DNA of 64,000 nucleotides, taken from NCBI GenBank assembly GCA_965228855.1, contig CBDDIJ010000002.1:1280001-1344000 (forward strand), in the 5' to 3' direction. This DNA comes from Candidatus Obscuribacterales bacterium. Its GTDB lineage: Bacteria > Cyanobacteriota > Vampirovibrionia > Obscuribacterales > Obscuribacteraceae. Below the pieces are notes generated by a model. That model was not told the DNA's origin and ran no database searches. It saw nothing but the letters and a program-made list of their open reading frames with translations. Below are positions 9,634-19,024 of this stretch, in pieces. Both the position numbers and the translations under genes were made by a program. Each line of letters opens with the position of its first letter. Position 1 is the stretch's first letter.

Positions 9634-11013
9634 CTATGGGAAAAGGGTCTTCATCGCCTTGCCCGCGTCAGGCATGCCGTAACCGTAGAAATTGTTGGGA
9701 ACGCCGTAGTTCGAATTGAGGGGGTCATGGTTTCTGTTCGAAGTCGAAATAAGGAGCTGCTCGACTTGCGTGTTCGTGAGTGAGGGTTTGGCCCCCCAGA
9801 TCAAGGCTGCAATTGATGCAACCAGTGGGGAAGAGAACGACGTTCCGCTGACGGACACAGGCTTACCCTTACCAGCTTTGCTGGAACAAACAATTCCTAC
9901 TCCTGGTGCAGTAAACCATACCGGATTTCCGAATTTGGAAAAATATGCTTTGTGTCCATCAGTATCTATGGCTGAAACTACGATCAAATAAGGGTAACGC
10001 GGATTGAGCGTGTCCTCGTTACCGTCGTTTCCAGCAGCGTTGAACACTAAGCCACCATTGCTATGGAATGTCTGGAATTGAGCATGCAAGACGTCATTAT
10101 GGTGGCTATTTGAGATCGAATAATTCGGATCGGGGTGATTCAAGCTCATATTGACTATTTTGATGCCACGCGTGATGCATTGGTCCATGGCTTCGATCAG
10201 AGTCTCGGTAGGAAATCCTCCTATCTTTTTTACGTAAGCGTTGATTGGAAAAATTCGACTGTTTCGTGCAGGGCCGGCAGTTAGAAGAAAGTTGTTATTG
10301 ATTGCGGCCGCTGTGGTTGATACCATCGTTCCATGTCCGGCCGTATCTTTCTGCTTCTCGCGGTCCTTGCTGCAATCGTAACCCTCGTAGCATTTCCCAG
10401 CTAGGTCCAGATTTTTCAAACTCACTCCGGTGTCAATTACTGCGATCGTGTTGACTTGCTCTCCTGGGCTTGAATTCCACGCATTGACCACGTTGAGTGT
10501 CGGCAGATATGTCTGTGATGGAAAATATTGGTCATTTGTTTGGGTGGTGAATACGTAATTGCGTTGAATCTTGCTCAAATGCTTGTCTTTGACCAAAGTC
10601 TTTTCGGCTTTCAGAAAGCTGTCCTGGCTGGGAAATTCTACGACCCAAACAGTTCGGTCGCCACTACCAATCGTTTTGACAATGGTTCCGCTTACTTCGC
10701 GGATGGTTTGCATTGCACTATCTTTGTCTGCCCTGTTTGGCATAATCAATAAAGAATTTGATGCAACTTCTCCGGACCTCACAGGTCGTGAGTCGGCTAC
10801 CGATATGCTGCGTGAGCCGCGACCAGCTGCTGTGTGGGGCATCAATCTGTACGAGGTTGGCGAGATCCTGAGAACCGGAGATTTTTGCTGCTTCTGAACT
10901 GATTTCGCTGCGTCAGCGCAGTGGGCGGGCAGCTGCGTGCTCAATGCGATCGGCACGCTTGTGAGGACTGCGGAGGTGAAGACCCAGGCTTTTCGAAAAC
11001 GGGTTTCAAACAT
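9634..11013 (-). CDS. Secreted subtilisin-like serine protease (S8)
   Basis: Triad motifs VIDTG, GHGTMV, GTSFSSP; oxyanion AAGN; signal peptide and propeptide. Confidence 0.95.
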   Translation of the reverse strand: MFETRFRKAWVFTSAVLTSVPIALSTQLPAHCADAAKSVQKQQKSPVLRISPTSYRLMPHTAAGRGSRSISVADSRPVRSGEVASNSLLIMPNRADKDSAMQTIREVSGTIVKTIGSGDRTVWVVEFPSQDSFLKAEKTLVKDKHLSKIQRNYVFTTQTNDQYFPSQTYLPTLNVVNAWNSSPGEQVNTIAVIDTGVSLKNLDLAGKCYEGYDCSKDREKQKDTAGHGTMVSTTAAAINNNFLLTAGPARNSRIFPINAYVKKIGGFPTETLIEAMDQCITRGIKIVNMSLNHPDPNYSISNSHHNDVLHAQFQTFHSNGGLVFNAAGNDGNEDTLNPRYPYLIVVSAIDTDGHKAYFSKFGNPVWFTAPGVGIVCSSKAGKGKPVSVSGTSFSSPLVASIAALIWGAKPSLTNTQVEQLLISTSNRNHDPLNSNYGVPNNFYGYGMPDAGKAMKTLFP

Positions 11014-11168
11014 ATGATGTCCTCAAAAACGGCTAGAAAATGGCTCTAGCGCGCGATAGTAACGGAGAGACGACTGTGGTCGTTTGGCTACGGACAAAGT
11101 TCGAGAGGTTAGTAATATACCCAGATTACCTGGATGCCAAGATTATTAGGAGGTGAAAAACCACAGTT

Positions 11169-12176
11169 TTAATTTTGTGGTTTTCGGACCATGGATGTTT
11201 GCTTCGCGACTGTGAACTTGGTCTGCGATTTATCGAACCAGGATCTGAGTTCAATCTGACGTTCCGGATGAAGTCTGCGAGCAAACTCGTAGAGTCCTTC
11301 AAATATTTGGAGCGTTGGTCGCGAGAGATAGTCGTGCTCGCGGTCAGGAAGGTGATAGACCCGGTTCTCCTTTACGGCGGTCATGAGCGACCATGGGGGC
11401 GTCGTTTTCAGGCTTGAAGACCTGGACTCGAAAGGCATGACCAAAAGATCCGGTTGAGAGGCTATCAGTTTTTCCGGGCTAAATTTTGGATACCCACTTT
11501 TGATGTTGGCTGCTATGTTGGTGCCACCGCATGTAGTGATGACGTCGTTGAGAAAGCTGTCACCGCCCACGGTGACAATTGGCTTCGGCCACACGCAGAA
11601 GAAAACTTTTCGGCGCGGCTCGTTTCTCAGCGTATCTTTGAGCCGAGCGATGCTGTTTTGGAAAGAGGTTGCCAGCTTTTCTGCGCGTTCTGATTTTCCA
11701 CAGACAGAGCCGAGCAGGATGAGGTTTTGGGATATATCATCCAGCGATTTATTGTTTAAAACAACCGATCGGACTTGATGTTTTTTGAGTTGAAAAGAAA
11801 GCGACTCTTGACCCTGGACGAGAAGAACGACATCCGGTTTAAGTTTGGCGAGCCGCTCCCAGTTGATTGAAACGAATGAGCCCACCTTCGGTTTCGACTT
11901 CGTCTCAGGCGGATAGGTGCAGTAGCTGCTGATACCTACAAGTTTGTCTTCGGCTCCAAGACTGTAAACCAGTTCGGTGTTCGATGGTGCCAAAGAGACG
12001 ATCGAGGATGCCGGACGTTCACCACCGAGTTTTTCAGCGCGAGCGCTTTGCCCGGTAGCGAGCACTATGAGAGTGAAAGTGATAACGGACATTAATTTCA
12101 TGCGAGCCATCATAAACGAATTACTGTTCGCATGTTTGCTTGACATTACGATTGTCGAAGGCCGGGCTTCGTTCAA
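11169..12176 (-). CDS. Cobalamin/siderophore-type periplasmic binding protein (BtuF-like)
   Basis: IVSLAPSNTELVYSLG, VGISSYCTYPPE, GGTNI, EKLIASQPD, SRPT motifs; true start may be a downstream Met. Confidence 0.88.
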   Translation of the reverse strand: MNEARPSTIVMSSKHANSNSFMMARMKLMSVITFTLIVLATGQSARAEKLGGERPASSIVSLAPSNTELVYSLGAEDKLVGISSYCTYPPETKSKPKVGSFVSINWERLAKLKPDVVLLVQGQESLSFQLKKHQVRSVVLNNKSLDDISQNLILLGSVCGKSERAEKLATSFQNSIARLKDTLRNEPRRKVFFCVWPKPIVTVGGDSFLNDVITTCGGTNIAANIKSGYPKFSPEKLIASQPDLLVMPFESRSSSLKTTPPWSLMTAVKENRVYHLPDREHDYLSRPTLQIFEGLYEFARRLHPERQIELRSWFDKSQTKFTVAKQTSMVRKPQN

Positions 12177-12736
12177 GGAGTGGCGCTAGCTGTCGTCTTC
12201 GAAAGCCATTCATGGACTTCTCGGACTCGTTCTTCAACTCCGAGTTTCGCCACAGTGTAGGTCTTGTCCCAGAGATCGAGTTCGAACAATGTCATGCGAG
12301 TAATTCGGTCCACTTGTTTTTGATAGTCCAGATCGGTCCAGCGAAAGCCATCGTCAACCGGCGGGAACATTGGCGGTATGTAGATGATGTGAGTGTACTT
12401 CAGCGCTTGCGTGCGTGCGGTTTCGTAGTAAGCTTCAGTGTCGTAAGACATTGCGGCACACATATTCCACCTCTGCCAGAGCACCCAGCAGTCTATTGTG
12501 GAACGATCGGAGATAAAGGACTGCAACTCTTCTTCGCGCTCGATCTGCGCAGTGAGAACGCTTTGTTTGAATAGATTTTGATCCGGAATCTCGGTTGGAT
12601 TCTGGTATCCCATCTGGTGGCATATTTCGCGACCGAGTTCCGGGATCATTGGTAAAGAGAGAAGCGAAGTCAGCGCTTCCACTATCGTGGTTTTGCCGAC
12701 TCCGCTTGCTCCGGTGATGATGATGCGTTTCATCAT
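12173..12736 (-). CDS. P-loop AAA_28/NadR-kinase-like ATPase
   Basis: Walker A GASGVGKTT, IPELGRE, ISDRSTID, DDGFR. Confidence 0.82.
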   Translation of the reverse strand: MMKRIIITGASGVGKTTIVEALTSLLSLPMIPELGREICHQMGYQNPTEIPDQNLFKQSVLTAQIEREEELQSFISDRSTIDCWVLWQRWNMCAAMSYDTEAYYETARTQALKYTHIIYIPPMFPPVDDGFRWTDLDYQKQVDRITRMTLFELDLWDKTYTVAKLGVEERVREVHEWLSKTTASATP

Positions 12737-12766
12737 TTAGTTTGGGTCACCATTAGTTCCTTCAGA

Positions 12767-14374
12767 TCAACCTCTTGCTGGAGGTGTGGGTGGAACTTGG
12801 GGGAATGCCGGCAGCGGTGTGTTTTGTTTTGGCTGCGGCGGTTGTGCTGCTGCACCGTGGTTCGGTAGTCCGTTGTTGGTTCCGTTGCTGGCGGCTTTCT
12901 GCGTTTTGTGCATTGTTTCCATCAGATCGATACCGGTCAGACCCTTGACCATGGTCATGCCTTGCGCGGCGACTCCGAGAACATCGGATGTGATCTTGCC
13001 CATGCCGGTGGAGTCTCCACCTGTCGAGAGCAAAGTAACATTGCCGATCTTGGACAGAGGTTGCGCTGCGGCGGATACGAGCTCTGGCAGTTTCTCGATG
13101 ATCATGCTTGCCATAGCTGCATCGTTGTACAGCTTGTAAGCTTCCGCTTTCTTCGACATCGCTTCAGCTTCCGCTTGACCGCGAGCGGCGATAACGGTGG
13201 CTTGTGCGAGACCTCTGGCGCGCTCAGCTTCTGCTTCAGCCAGACCCATTTGACGAGCGGCTTCTGCTTCAGCTTGGGCTCGCATCTTTGTTGCGTCGGC
13301 ATCAGCAGAGGCTTTGAGGCGTGATGCTTCGGCATCTGCTTCGGCTAGAATCCGGCGTTTTTCCTGCTCTGCCAGAGCTAGTGTTCTAACTCTTGCGTGC
13401 TCAGCTTCTGCCGGTTTCTGAATGTCAGCTTCCAGAGACACCTGGCGCTTTTGAACTTCAACTTGTTGCAGTTCAACTTCCTTTTGCGCTTCGATGATTC
13501 GAATTTGCTGTCTTTCGGAAATTAGCTTCTGCTCTGCCTTTGCTTTGTGTACGTCGTACATTGTGTCAGCGGCAGCTTTCTGCTCGGCAACTTCAGCTTG
13601 GTAGCGTGCTTGTCCGACTTGAAAGTTCTTGCTAGATTCTGCAACTCGCATGTCAGCTGCGAGCTTCGCTTTTGCGCCTTCCTCAGCGGCTTGCGCTTGA
13701 GCGATAGCAGAGTCGCGTTGAGCATTTGCTTGAGCAATAGTCGTCACTTTGTTGGCTTCGGCTTCACCGATAGCGGCTGTCCGTTTGGCTTCCGCTGTGG
13801 TTGTTTTACCGAGAGCTTCCAGGTATCCGACGCTGTCGCGCACTTCTTTGATTGTGAACGAAACAACTGTCAGACCCATCTTCGCCAGGTCGGTGATCGA
13901 CACTTCCGCAACGCGTGAGGCGAACGAATCGAAATTGCCGATTAGCTCTTCTACGGTCATGGTGCCGATGATGGCACGCAAGTGACCCATTAGAGTTTCA
14001 TGAGCAAACATTCGAATCTCGTCGATGTCTTTTCCAAGAAACTGTTCAGCAGCTGTTTGGATTGACTGTTCGTCGCCTCGAACTTTGATCTGAGCGACAC
14101 CTTCGACGAACAGCGGGACACCATTGATTGTCAACATTGCTGCGTTAGAGCGAACCTCGATGAGCATGACTTCCAGGCTCAACGTATCCATTCTGTTTAC
14201 TAGCGGAAAGACAATCGTGCCGCCACCAACAATGATCTTCGGCTGTCCGCCGCCACCAGAGACGATTAAGGCAGTGTTAGGCCCTACCTTTTGATACAAG
14301 GCAGCTGCGAAGCTACCCAGAACGAACAGCAATATTACTGCTATTCCGCCAATGATCATAATCATGGGATCCAT
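12767..14374 (-). CDS. Flotillin (SPFH domain + EA-rich coiled coil), FloT-like
   Basis: N-terminal TM, VGPNTALIVSG, AAEQFLGK, GHLRAIIGTMTVEE, GYLEALG, AEA-rich coil, EKLPELVSAAAQPL. Start at 14374 has a GGAGG RBS. Confidence 0.95.
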   Translation of the reverse strand: MDPMIMIIGGIAVILLFVLGSFAAALYQKVGPNTALIVSGGGGQPKIIVGGGTIVFPLVNRMDTLSLEVMLIEVRSNAAMLTINGVPLFVEGVAQIKVRGDEQSIQTAAEQFLGKDIDEIRMFAHETLMGHLRAIIGTMTVEELIGNFDSFASRVAEVSITDLAKMGLTVVSFTIKEVRDSVGYLEALGKTTTAEAKRTAAIGEAEANKVTTIAQANAQRDSAIAQAQAAEEGAKAKLAADMRVAESSKNFQVGQARYQAEVAEQKAAADTMYDVHKAKAEQKLISERQQIRIIEAQKEVELQQVEVQKRQVSLEADIQKPAEAEHARVRTLALAEQEKRRILAEADAEASRLKASADADATKMRAQAEAEAARQMGLAEAEAERARGLAQATVIAARGQAEAEAMSKKAEAYKLYNDAAMASMIIEKLPELVSAAAQPLSKIGNVTLLSTGGDSTGMGKITSDVLGVAAQGMTMVKGLTGIDLMETMHKTQKAASNGTNNGLPNHGAAAQPPQPKQNTPLPAFPQVPPTPPARG

Positions 14375-14605
14375 GACTCGCTTCCTCCAAGTTAGTGCCG
14401 AGGATTCAGTCTCCAATTCTTTCATGCCCGAGGCTCGGGCGTTCTAAATCTCGGATGTTTTCGTTTCAGACTCTACGATCTTACGTGCTGTGAAGTTATT
14501 TGACGGTTTTTACAACACATTCCTTTATCTTCTTGACAATGCGGCGTGCTGATAATTTTGGGACAAGCCCGGAGATGCTTGTTGGTTCTGCAGTTGATGC
14601 AAGTG

Positions 14606-14621
14606 GCACTATATCTGGTGA
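14606..14621. promoter_or_regulatory. Palindromic 16-mer GCACTATATCTGGTGA (NrdR-box-like), copy 1
   Basis: Identical copy at 15438-15453; resembles consensus acaCwAtATaTwGtgt. Confidence 0.5.
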
Positions 14622-14711
14622 TATTGAAGTCAAGTTTGATCTGTTGTTTGAACTGGTTTCCTCGTGATCAATTTTCAGTCAGGCGCGCATTGCTTGTCCG
14701 GTGGTAGCAGC

Positions 14712-15335
14712 TTATTTGTCTTCGACTTTGCCAAGGACCGCGATCCTTTTCGCTTCGTCAGCGGCCGTTTTAGTCAGAGCGTCCAGGTATCCAACACTAT
14801 CGCGCACTTCTTTGATCGTGAATAGAACAACTGTTAGTCCGAACCTTTCCAGGTCATTGTTGGAGCCTTCTTCAACGCGCAACGCCAACGAGTTTGGATC
14901 TCTAATTATCTTTTCCGCTGTCATCTTGCTGCTCGATGAGCGCAACTGTTTTATAAGAACGTCCTGTGCAAGTGTCTTGATTTGACCTATATCTTTTCCC
15001 AGAAAATGTTCGGCCGCTTTCTCAATCGACTCTACGTCACCGCGAACTTTGACTTGCGCCATACATTCGACTGATAGAGGGATGCCATCACTGGTCCAAG
15101 TCGCATCGCAGCGCATTTCAATAGCCATGACCTCCAGGCTTAGCGTATCCATCCTGTTTAGCAACGGCAAGACAATCGTGCCTCCACCAACAACGATCTT
15201 CGGTTTTTCTCCGCCACCAGAGACGATTAAAGCAGTGTTAGGCCCTACCTTGTGATAGAGCGCCGCAGCGAGACAACCAATCGCGAATAATACGATCAGC
15301 TGTATGCCGCCCATTACCATAATCATGGGATCCAT
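14712..15335 (-). CDS. Truncated flotillin paralog (TM + SPFH only); possibly decaying duplicate
   Basis: Colinear with the first ~207 aa of the adjacent flotillin; stop lies at a Lys codon of the long copy; GGAGG RBS retained. Confidence 0.85.
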   Translation of the reverse strand: MDPMIMVMGGIQLIVLFAIGCLAAALYHKVGPNTALIVSGGGEKPKIVVGGGTIVLPLLNRMDTLSLEVMAIEMRCDATWTSDGIPLSVECMAQVKVRGDVESIEKAAEHFLGKDIGQIKTLAQDVLIKQLRSSSSKMTAEKIIRDPNSLALRVEEGSNNDLERFGLTVVLFTIKEVRDSVGYLDALTKTAADEAKRIAVLGKVEDK

Positions 15336-15437
15336 TTGCGTTCCTCCAATTTAGTGTCGAGGTAAGTCTCCAATTCTTATGCATGAATCGGAAACCCTCT
15401 GAAAGGCGTCGTCAGGTTTATGCAGGTTACACGCCTT

Positions 15438-15453
15438 GCACTATATCTGGTGA
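15438..15453. promoter_or_regulatory. Palindromic 16-mer GCACTATATCTGGTGA (NrdR-box-like), copy 2
   Basis: Identical to 14606-14621. Confidence 0.5.
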
Positions 15454-15501
15454 CATCTGGAATATCATTCGTAAGCCGCCTTTGAACCATGCGTCGCATG
15501 G

Positions 15502-16191
15502 TCAATCTTCAATCAGCAGATTCTTGTACGGCTCTACAAAAACTATTGGACCGTCGCGCTCGACGATCATTACTTTCGTTCCTTTGTTGATTGCTGTGCC
15601 AGGTTTTGACCTCGCCACAGAAGAATAAATTTTGGATTGAATGACATAGGTCACTTCGCCCGGACGATTTTCTGCGATTGGTATGAGCACCTCTGCCACG
15701 TGACCGATGAGGTCATCCGAGCGCAGGTGTGTTGAACTTGTACCGTAGCGCATCATTGCTGCGATCATCGACTTGAAAATATTGATCATTGCGAAGCCGG
15801 CCAGTACTGCCGGAATCAATGTGAAATAACCGATTCCAGGGAAGAGATAGCCTACCGCATAGCCGCAAAGACCGGAAAATGCGAGAAAAATCGAAATGGA
15901 TATTGGGCTGAGCACGCTTAAAACAAACCTGCCGACTCGATATTGCACGCGGTGATCCGTGACCAGTGAATAGCGACTGGTGTCTTCGTGGTGATCGCTG
16001 TGTCCCTCGCCGCCGTCGTGGTCGGCGTGTCCACCGCCATCATCTCCGTCATGTCCGAAGTCGTGTCCGTGATGACCTGCATCATCACTGCTATCGTCCA
16101 TGTGTCCCATGACGAAGTTGAATATAAGGAATCCTCCGCCGACAAGGGCAGACATGACATAAGCCTGACTCAAAATGCCTTGGGGAAACAT
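15502..16191 (-). CDS. NfeD/YuaF-like flotillin partner with His/Asp-rich loop
   Basis: Three TM segments; C-terminal OB-fold-like LIGHVAEV...GEV...GTKVMIV...VFVEP; upstream of SPFH genes. Confidence 0.88.
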   Translation of the reverse strand: MFPQGILSQAYVMSALVGGGFLIFNFVMGHMDDSSDDAGHHGHDFGHDGDDGGGHADHDGGEGHSDHHEDTSRYSLVTDHRVQYRVGRFVLSVLSPISISIFLAFSGLCGYAVGYLFPGIGYFTLIPAVLAGFAMINIFKSMIAAMMRYGTSSTHLRSDDLIGHVAEVLIPIAENRPGEVTYVIQSKIYSSVARSKPGTAINKGTKVMIVERDGPIVFVEPYKNLLIED

Positions 16192-16364
16192 ATTCGCGAT
16201 CCTCGTGTTCTACCACCGATAATGCGGTGATTTTCCTACTAGAGATACCCATGAATCGATTGCTTATAACGCCGAAACGCCCACCAGTACCTAAAGAAAA
16301 GACTAAGATTGCATTCGTATGCGTGACGTAGTACAAGTTGTGTTGGGCACCAGGCAAAGTGAAT

Positions 16365-19016
16365 ATGGAAATTGTAGTCACACACAACAATATGGACTTT
16401 GATGCACTCGCAGCGCAGTTCGGTATCACTCGGCTTTTTCCGTCAGTGAAAATTATGTTGGGTCAGCCGCTGCAGGGGAATGTTCGTGAGTTTATGTCTC
16501 TCTATCGTAGCTCTCTGCCGATAGTGCAGGCGAAATATATTGATTACGAAAAACTGTCGCGTGTTTTTGTTGTCGACTGCCAGCAAGTTGAACGATTGGA
16601 TGGAGCGCTTCGAGAGTTTTTGATGTCCGCAGAACCTCGACCGGAGATTGTCGTATACGACCATCATGAGCTTGATCCCAACGGTCTTGTAAAAATCGCC
16701 AGCGCAGAATCGATAATCAAACGAGTTGGGTCGGCGACTACCTTGGTCGTGGAGCAGTTGCGAAAAAAGAAAGCGAAGTTGTCAGCGTTCGAGGCAACTC
16801 TACTAGCCATGGGTATTTACGAAGACACCGGTTCGCTCATGTTTCCGGGCACGACCGAGTTAGATGCGTTGTGCGTCGCCTATCTTTTGAAACATGGGGT
16901 GGACCTTGAGCAAGTAAACACATACACCCGCGCGAAGTTGAATGAGGAGCAGTTACGCCTGCTTGAGGAGTTGGTTAAGAACGCTCATGTCGAAACCTAT
17001 GAAGGGGTAAAAGTGGTTTTTTCCGCAGGAAAGACGAAGCCATTTGTAGAGGGTCTAGCGACAATCACCTCCAAGCTTTTAGAGATCACGTCTTGTGATG
17101 CTGCGTTTTCTGCCGTCCACATGCGCGATCGCGTGCATCTCGTCGGTCGAAGTGACACTCAGTCGATAGACGTGCGAAATGTTGTGCGACGCTTCGGTGG
17201 TGACGGTCACCGTGGAGCGGGCTCAGCTGTAGTAAAAGAGCAGAGTGCTGCACACGTTTTAAACGAAGCGCGTGAAGCTCTGGCGGAGCGAGTAGTTCCT
17301 GAAACCAACGCATCAGACATTATGATCTCTCCAGTTCGCACCATCAAGCCGACGAGCTCTATGGAAGAAGCGTCGCGAATGATGATCAGATACGGGCAGG
17401 ACGGTTTTGTCGTCGTGGAGGATGATGAAGTTGTAGGTGTGATTTCGCGCCGGGACATAGATCAGGCGATGCATCACAAATTAGGACATGCTCCCGTCCA
17501 GGGATTCATGAGCCGCCCCGTAACTTCGGTCAAGCCGGAGTCGACGTTGAGCGAAATTCAATCGTTGATGGTGAGTGAGGACATCGGCCGGGTGCCTGTA
17601 CTTACCGACGACGGCGAATTGGTTGGTTTAGTGGACCGGTCGACAGTACTGCAAACGCTATACGGAGAGAATGCTGTCGGCACTGAAGCTTCTGAGATCG
17701 AGGAGACTGTCCCGCGCTCAAAAAAACGCGCGCGCTTGCCGCAGCTGAACGAAAAATTGGATCATCTGGAAAAGCCTGTTCAATGGCTGTGTCACGAAGT
17801 CGGTCGGGTTGCTGCCAAAAATAGTATGGTGGCGTATGCGGTGGGTGGCTTCGTGCGAGATCTGTTTCTCTCGCGAGCGAACTTTGATCTGGATTTTGTA
17901 ATCGAAGGTAATGCGATTGAACTTGCCGATGCTCTGGAGCGCGAGTATCCATCGCGCTTCGAAGTCGTCGCAAAGCATGAACGTTTTCAAACGGCGACGC
18001 TTTCATTTTACGCAGATAAGAAACTCGAAGTCGATTTGTCGACCGCGCGGACCGAGTATTATGAATATCCTGCGGCGTTGCCAACAGTGGAGCCATCCAA
18101 ACTTGAACAGGATTTGTTTCGCCGGGACTTTACCATAAATGCGCTTGCTGTGTGCTTAAACCCAGGTCGCTACGGTGAGCTGGTCGACCATTTTGATGGT
18201 CTTGCCGACCTGAAAAGAAAGATCGTCCGCATCCTTCATCCGTTTAGTTTCATCGAGGACCCGACACGCATAGTCCGCGCCGTCAGATTTGCGGCTCGAC
18301 TCAATTTTCACATGGACGCCAAGACAAAAGAGCGCGCCAGGAAAGCCATCTCCATGGGTGTTTTTGACGAACTCGGCGGCGTCCGTCTACGCGAAGAGAT
18401 TAGACTGATTCTGGACTCACCCAATCGTCTTGTTGCTCTCGACCTGCTTGGTGAGCTCGGTGGAAGCTTGCGATTTTTGCAAGCCGACCTTGAATACAAT
18501 TTGAGAACGAAGCATCTCGTCCGTCGCTCGGAACGATTGTTGGAACGTTATCACGTCGAGGACTCCTTTACTGTTTACCTCGGACTGCTCGTGAGCTCTG
18601 TGCCAAGCGAAAGATTGGAAGCGGTTTTAGAACGACTGGCATTGACGAACGACCAGAAAGTGACGATTGAAAAAGGGATCGCATTAGCGAAGATGGATGG
18701 TGACGACGCTGAGCTAGCCAGCCGAAGTAGAATTTTCAGACTGATGAAAGGACACTCGCCGGAGTCCCTGGCAATTGCGGCGAGTTTAGCAGCAGCGGGA
18801 ACGAGCGTCCGACGGATGATCAAGCTCTATCTGGATGAACTCTCCAATATTTCAGTCAAGCTGAGCGGTCATGATCTGGTCGAAATGGGTATCTCGGAGG
18901 GACCGCAAATTGGCAAGGTGCTGAGCGGTTTACTCGAAGGTCGACTGGAAGGAACAATCAAGTCAGAAGCAGATGAGAAGAAATTTGTTCAGACCTGCAT
19001 CAAGGCGTCGAAGTAA
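16365..19016 (+). CDS. DHH/DHHA1-CBS-fused class II tRNA nucleotidyltransferase (probably A-adding type)
   Basis: THNNMDFDA, YDHH, EDTG, GDGHRGAG; two CBS domains; VGGFVRD, DLD, DLFRRDFTINA, EDPTRIVRAVRF. Confidence 0.92.
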   Translation: MEIVVTHNNMDFDALAAQFGITRLFPSVKIMLGQPLQGNVREFMSLYRSSLPIVQAKYIDYEKLSRVFVVDCQQVERLDGALREFLMSAEPRPEIVVYDHHELDPNGLVKIASAESIIKRVGSATTLVVEQLRKKKAKLSAFEATLLAMGIYEDTGSLMFPGTTELDALCVAYLLKHGVDLEQVNTYTRAKLNEEQLRLLEELVKNAHVETYEGVKVVFSAGKTKPFVEGLATITSKLLEITSCDAAFSAVHMRDRVHLVGRSDTQSIDVRNVVRRFGGDGHRGAGSAVVKEQSAAHVLNEAREALAERVVPETNASDIMISPVRTIKPTSSMEEASRMMIRYGQDGFVVVEDDEVVGVISRRDIDQAMHHKLGHAPVQGFMSRPVTSVKPESTLSEIQSLMVSEDIGRVPVLTDDGELVGLVDRSTVLQTLYGENAVGTEASEIEETVPRSKKRARLPQLNEKLDHLEKPVQWLCHEVGRVAAKNSMVAYAVGGFVRDLFLSRANFDLDFVIEGNAIELADALEREYPSRFEVVAKHERFQTATLSFYADKKLEVDLSTARTEYYEYPAALPTVEPSKLEQDLFRRDFTINALAVCLNPGRYGELVDHFDGLADLKRKIVRILHPFSFIEDPTRIVRAVRFAARLNFHMDAKTKERARKAISMGVFDELGGVRLREEIRLILDSPNRLVALDLLGELGGSLRFLQADLEYNLRTKHLVRRSERLLERYHVEDSFTVYLGLLVSSVPSERLEAVLERLALTNDQKVTIEKGIALAKMDGDDAELASRSRIFRLMKGHSPESLAIAASLAAAGTSVRRMIKLYLDELSNISVKLSGHDLVEMGISEGPQIGKVLSGLLEGRLEGTIKSEADEKKFVQTCIKASK

Positions 19017-19024
19017 TTGGCGCT

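Noticed and set aside
12177..12766. Cobalamin riboswitch for the BtuF-like gene
   Set aside because: The upstream region is coding and I found no B12-box in nearby spacers.
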